Of a stretch of DNA of 64,000 nucleotides, positions 63,201 to 64,000 are shown piece by piece. Source of the DNA: Heterodontus francisci (Eukaryota); the NCBI RefSeq assembly GCF_036365525.1, contig NC_090384.1, forward strand, positions 55,239,895 to 55,303,894, read 5' to 3'. Position 1 is the stretch's first letter; every line of letters starts with the position of its first letter. The notes beneath the pieces were generated by a model. The model saw only the letters and a list, made by a program, of their open reading frames with translations, was not told the origin of the DNA and made no database searches. A program made the position numbers and the translations under genes.

Positions 63201-64000
63201 TATGTCAGGTATAGGCAGCTGGGATCGAGCGAGTCCCTCGAGCAGTATAGGGGATGTAGGACTACACTTAAGGAGGAAATTAGGAGGGGAAAAAGGGGCC
63301 ATGAGATTTCCCTGGCAGATAAGATAAAGGAGAATCCTAAAAGATTCTATAAGTATATTAAGAGTAAAATGGTAGCCAGGGAGAGAGTAGGTCCCCTAAG
63401 GATCAATGTGGCAATCTATGTGTGGAGCCACAGGAAATGGGCGAGGTCTTAAATGAATATTTCTCATCCATATTTACCGTGGAAAAGGTCATGGAAGCTA
63501 GTGAGTTGAAGGGAGGGAACGCCGATATCCTGGAGCATATCAACATTACAAAGGAGGAGATGTTGGAGGTCTTGAAGCGCATTAAGGTGGATAAATCCCC
63601 AGGGCCTGACCAGGTGTATCCTAGGATGCTATGGTAAGCAAGGGAGGAGATTGCTGGGGCCCTGGCAGAGATTTTTGTCTCATCGTTAGCCACGGGTGAG
63701 GTACCGGAAGACTGAGGATAGCTAATGTTGTGCCTTTATTTAAGAAGGGCAGCAGGAATAAGCCAGGGAACTACAGGCCGGTGAGCCTTACATCAGTGAT
63801 GGGAAAGTTATTGGAAGGGATTCTGAGAGACAGGATTTATATGCATCTGGAAAGGCATGGGCTGATTAGGGATAGTCAGCATGACTTTGTGCATGGGAAA
63901 ACATGTCTCACGAATTTGATTGAGTTTTTCGAGGAGGTGACCAAGAGGATTGACGAGGGCAGGGCGATGGACGTTGTCTACATGGACTTTAGCAAGGCCT
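60280..64000 (+). mobile_element. Relatively young CR1 LINE running off the window end
   Basis: ORF1 (MAGELSPVICSSCTMWE; esterase motifs VVHIGTND, DGLHLN), 355-aa endonuclease ORF (YRPP, GDFNFP, SDHN) and the start of RT (DKSPGPD). Confidence 0.9.
61170..61730 (+). mobile_element. Short 3' CR1 fragment inserted into ORF1 of the host CR1
   Basis: ALERVQRRFTRML..FFTQRVVGAWNALP plus tail; near-perfect TSD ATGTCTC (61163-61169) / ACGTCTC (61731-61737). Confidence 0.85.

Noticed and set aside
57904-64000. Leader exon of the B7-H6-like gene
   Set aside because: No ATG-hydrophobic-phase-1-donor cassette or CpG promoter was found. The region is L2, short repeats and CR1, so the leader probably lies beyond the window.

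Overview
Eukaryotic genomic DNA, almost certainly from a cartilaginous fish: it carries HE1-type V-SINEs, HER1/CR1 LINEs and GT-AG introns. Most of the window is nested transposon debris (CR1 with an SGNH-esterase ORF1, a second CR1/L2-clade LINE, L2 remnants, a Tx1/L1-clade element, an RTE element, SINEs and Harbinger-like MITEs), so most of the supplied ORFs are TE fragments or noise. Among these lies one spliced minus-strand gene, a B7-H6 (NCR3LG1)-like type I membrane protein built from phase-1 exons: IgV (57541-57903), IgC1 (56715-57035) and TM (49117-49233). AFTER the TM come four intact IgC1-type exons (46924-47349, 43006-43383, 37285-37596, 30386-30709), a half C1 exon cut off by an L2 fragment and with a dead donor (21722-21902, absent from the ORF track), and a final frame-disrupted C1 exon (18969-19282). 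The predicted topology puts a chain of Ig domains in the cytoplasm, and four of these six domains have lost one canonical Ig cysteine. The leader exon of this gene was not found and probably lies beyond 64000. Near the window start, a GC-rich promoter with a consensus ISRE precedes a signal-peptide exon (3802-3865, minus strand) of the next downstream gene, possibly a tandem paralogue.
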